Shown piece by piece: positions 42,712-45,209 of a stretch of DNA of 45,209 bases. The notes beneath the pieces were generated by a model. That model saw only the letters and a program-made list of their open reading frames with translations. It had not been told where the DNA came from and did no database searches. The translations under genes were made by a program, and so were the position numbers. The DNA is from Ignavibacteria bacterium. GTDB taxonomy: Bacteria > Bacteroidota > Ignavibacteria > UBA10030 > SZUA-254. The stretch lies in assembly GCA_003235555.1 (NCBI GenBank), contig QJVY01000065.1:1-45209 (forward strand). The letters are read 5' to 3'. The stretch's first letter is position 1. Each line of letters begins with the position of its first letter.

Positions 42712-44922
42712 GTGCTGAAATTCGGCAGGGTAAATAACCCCGGCGAAGGGGAGGCGGTGAAGTTCGGCACATTCGGAGGCGTGTTCACGCCCAGCGTGCT
42801 GACGATCCTCGGCGTCATCATGTTCCTGCGCTACTCCACCGTCGTGGGACAGGCCGGACTCTGGGGCGCGCTGGCGATCCTGGTCGCGGCGAAGCTGATC
42901 ACGCTCTTCACCGGCCTGTCGCTGTCCTCCATCTCGACGAACATGCGCGTCAAGGGGGGCGGCGCCTATTACCTGATCAGCAGGAGCCTGGGCGTGGAGT
43001 TCGGCGGTGTCATCGCCGCGTTTCTCTATATCGCCCAGGCGGTGTCCGTGACGATGTACGTCATCGGTTTCACCGAGGCGATCTTTTCGGCCTTCCCCGA
43101 CATCGGTTTCTCTTTCCGGACGGTGGCCACCAATGTCAACATCCTCGTCTTCATTTCGGTGTTCATCGGGGCGGGATGGACCATCAGGCTCCAGTACGGT
43201 ATTCTCGCCGTCTTATTGCTGTCGGTCCTCTCGTTCTTCTTCGGCGCCTGGCAGCACGCATCGGTCGAAACGCTCCAGGCGAACCTCGAGCCCCTCTGGA
43301 GCGGCGGTCACAATGTCTTCACGATCTTCGCCCTCTTCTTCCCCGCCGTCACGGGAATCATGGCCGGCGTCAACATGTCCGGAGACCTGGAAGAGCCGAG
43401 ACGGTCGATCCCGAAAGGGACGCTCCTGGCCGTCGGTTTCACCGCGCTGATCTATGCCGGCATCGCGGTGTCGCTGGCAGCGAGCAGCAGCCGCGAGACG
43501 CTCCTCGGTCCCACGTTCGTCATGCAGGACATCGCCCCCTGGGCGCCGCTGATCTACGCGGGGGTCATTGCCGCGACGCTTTCCTCCGCCCTCGGGAGCA
43601 TGATGGGCGCGCCGAGGATCCTTCAGGCGTTCGGACGCGACAACATTTTCCGGTGGCTGAAATGGTTCGGCCGGGGGAGCGGCCCGTCGCGCGAGCCCCG
43701 GCTGGCGATCGTCCTGACCTTTCTCATCGCGCAGGCGGGGATCATGGCGGGCGACCTGGACACGGTGGCGCCGATCATCACGATGTTCTTCCTGATCACC
43801 TACGGGTCGATCAACCTGGCCTGCTTCTTCGAGACCATCTCCCGGAACCCCAGCTTCCGTCCGACCTTCAGGTGGAACCACTGGTCCCTCGCGCTCGCCG
43901 GGGCGGTGGGCTGCCTGGGGATCATGCTGCTGATCAACGCTCTCTGGGCGATCGTCGCGATCATCCTCGCGGCGGGGATGTTCGTCCTGATCGACAGGGC
44001 CGAGATCATTGTGAAATGGGGGGACGTGACCAGCGGAGTCGCGTTTCAGCGGGCGAGGGAGTCGCTCCTGCGTCTCGAACAGGAAAAATACCATCCCAAG
44101 AACTGGCGGCCGTCGCTGTTGACCCTGAGCGGAGGACCGTGGAACCGCCTGCACCTGGTGAGCTACGCCTGCATCCTTTCGTCGAACCGGGGGCTGGTGT
44201 CGCTCGCGCAGATCATCACCGGCAAACTCGAAAACCGTGTGACGCGCCAGATCGAGGCTGAAAAGCTCCTGAGGAAATACATCGCAGACGAAGAACTCCC
44301 CGCCTTCCCGGTCGTGGTCGTGGACGAGAATTTCAGCGACGGGTTGAAGGCGCTCCTGCAGTGCCACGGGATCGGGGGGCTGCGGCCCAACACGATCCTG
44401 CTCGGGTGGAGCGAGGACCCGAAGAAGGAGGGGGTGTTCACGCAAACGCTCCATATCGCCAAGCAGATGAACCGGAGCATCCTCGTCGTCAGCTGCCACA
44501 TGGAACAGGAGAAGTGGGACCCGCCCGGCGGCGCCATCAACATCTGGTGGAACGATGCGAAAAACGGTCCGATGATGGTGCTCCTGGGGTTCCTGGTGAG
44601 GCAGAACCGGGAGTGGCGCGACTGTCCCCTGCGGATCCTGCGCACCGTCCCCCTGAAGGCGGACGTGGAGAACGTGAAGACGGAAATGAAGGAGGTGCTG
44701 ACCGACGCCCGGATCGACGCCGACTTCGTGGTCCTGCCGACAGAACACCCGCTGGAGGCGGTCCGCAACGCCATGGCTCCGTCGGCGCTCCTTTTCGCCG
44801 GGTTCGACCCGTCCGAGGAGGATGACCCGGGAGAGGACTACGTTCCCATGGAGGATGTCGTCAACCTCCCCGGGGACGTGATCATGGTGTACAGCGCGGG
44901 TGACTCGTCGCTGTCTGCGTGA
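42712..44922 (+). CDS. SLC12-like cation-chloride cotransporter / APC superfamily permease with a large cytoplasmic C-terminal domain
   Basis: The GTG start lies 5 nt after AGGAGA. 'KFGTFGGVFTPSVLTILGVIMFLR' and 'GGGAYYLISRSLG.EFGG' are conserved SLC12/AA-permease motifs. About 12 TM helices are followed by a soluble tail of about 290 aa. Confidence 0.85.
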   Translation: MLKFGRVNNPGEGEAVKFGTFGGVFTPSVLTILGVIMFLRYSTVVGQAGLWGALAILVAAKLITLFTGLSLSSISTNMRVKGGGAYYLISRSLGVEFGGVIAAFLYIAQAVSVTMYVIGFTEAIFSAFPDIGFSFRTVATNVNILVFISVFIGAGWTIRLQYGILAVLLLSVLSFFFGAWQHASVETLQANLEPLWSGGHNVFTIFALFFPAVTGIMAGVNMSGDLEEPRRSIPKGTLLAVGFTALIYAGIAVSLAASSSRETLLGPTFVMQDIAPWAPLIYAGVIAATLSSALGSMMGAPRILQAFGRDNIFRWLKWFGRGSGPSREPRLAIVLTFLIAQAGIMAGDLDTVAPIITMFFLITYGSINLACFFETISRNPSFRPTFRWNHWSLALAGAVGCLGIMLLINALWAIVAIILAAGMFVLIDRAEIIVKWGDVTSGVAFQRARESLLRLEQEKYHPKNWRPSLLTLSGGPWNRLHLVSYACILSSNRGLVSLAQIITGKLENRVTRQIEAEKLLRKYIADEELPAFPVVVVDENFSDGLKALLQCHGIGGLRPNTILLGWSEDPKKEGVFTQTLHIAKQMNRSILVVSCHMEQEKWDPPGGAINIWWNDAKNGPMMVLLGFLVRQNREWRDCPLRILRTVPLKADVENVKTEMKEVLTDARIDADFVVLPTEHPLEAVRNAMAPSALLFAGFDPSEEDDPGEDYVPMEDVVNLPGDVIMVYSAGDSSLSA

Positions 44923-44989
44923 ACGAGAGGGGGTATGAGTACGAAGGACGTGGCGCAGTTTATCGTGTGGACCGTGGAGAGTTTCTAAA

Positions 44990-45209
44990 CTACGCCGCTT
45001 CGGCCGGTTCGAAGATCCTGAGGGTATGGTAGAGGGTGTCGCGCTGCGCCGGGATGAAGCCCGACTCGCGGATGAGGTTCACGACCTCTTCGGTGTTGGA
45101 CTTGTTCACGAAGTTGGCCGCCGCGTGAACGTTTTCTTCAAAGAGGGTCCCGCCGAAATCGTCCGCGCCGAAATGGAGCGCGATCTGGCCGGTCTTCTTC
45201 CCCTCGGAG
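44990..45209 (-). CDS. C-terminal fragment of a radical-SAM MqnE/MqnC/CofH-family enzyme (futalosine pathway); the 5' end is outside the window
   Basis: My own translation of the minus strand gives ...GQIALHFGADDFGGTLFEENVHAAANFVNKSNTEEVVNLIRESGFIPAQRDTLYHTLRIFEPAEAA*. The 'GA.D.GGT...E.V..AAG' block and the '+R...Y' ending are typical of this family. Confidence 0.6.
   Translation of the reverse strand, partial: SEGKKTGQIALHFGADDFGGTLFEENVHAAANFVNKSNTEEVVNLIRESGFIPAQRDTLYHTLRIFEPAEAA

Noticed and set aside
43176-44748. Alternative-frame and antisense ORFs (43176-44261 on the plus strand, 43213-44748 on the minus strand) inside the SLC12-like transporter gene
   Set aside because: The transporter frame shows conserved permease motifs and regular TM periodicity. 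The alternatives are Arg/Pro/Gly-rich with no features.

Overview
This is a GC-rich bacterial chromosomal fragment with about 35 protein-coding genes. I found no rRNA, tRNA, CRISPR array or recognisable mobile element. Four secreted proteins end in Por/T9SS-type C-terminal sorting domains ('NYPNPFNP...VYD..GR...GVY'), which suggests a member of the FCB (Bacteroidota/Ignavibacteriota-like) superphylum; this is inference only.

The main feature is a 17.5-kb co-directional block (10745-28254), preceded by a Crp/Fnr regulator gene. It encodes six c-type cytochromes with 59 haem-binding motifs in total, and five separate membrane quinone-interacting modules:
- a 13-haem cytochrome fused to a di-haem cytochrome b (CbcL-like);
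- a 19-haem cytochrome followed by a separate cytochrome b (CbcBA-like);
- a 7-haem NapC/NirT-like protein (ImcH-like);
- a Rieske/cytochrome b6-type complex with an 11-haem cytochrome in the usual cytochrome c1/f position;
- a four-domain cytochrome c followed by a pentahaem / molybdopterin-family / 4-cluster FeS / NrfD set, resembling Alternative Complex III or Qrc.

I do not recognise this combination in one locus as a described system, and it is the main candidate for novelty. Flanking genes are mostly ordinary: CDF transporter, DUF1579, a DCC-LMF fusion, histidine phosphatase, a DUF1800/DUF1501 pair, YceI, YdjM-like hydrolase, nitrilase, Zn-ADH, katG, aldehyde dehydrogenase, futalosine-pathway genes and an SLC12-like transporter. 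A visibly AT-richer islet next to katG carries a trihaem lipoprotein cytochrome.

All functional calls come from motif recognition by eye. No database search was run.
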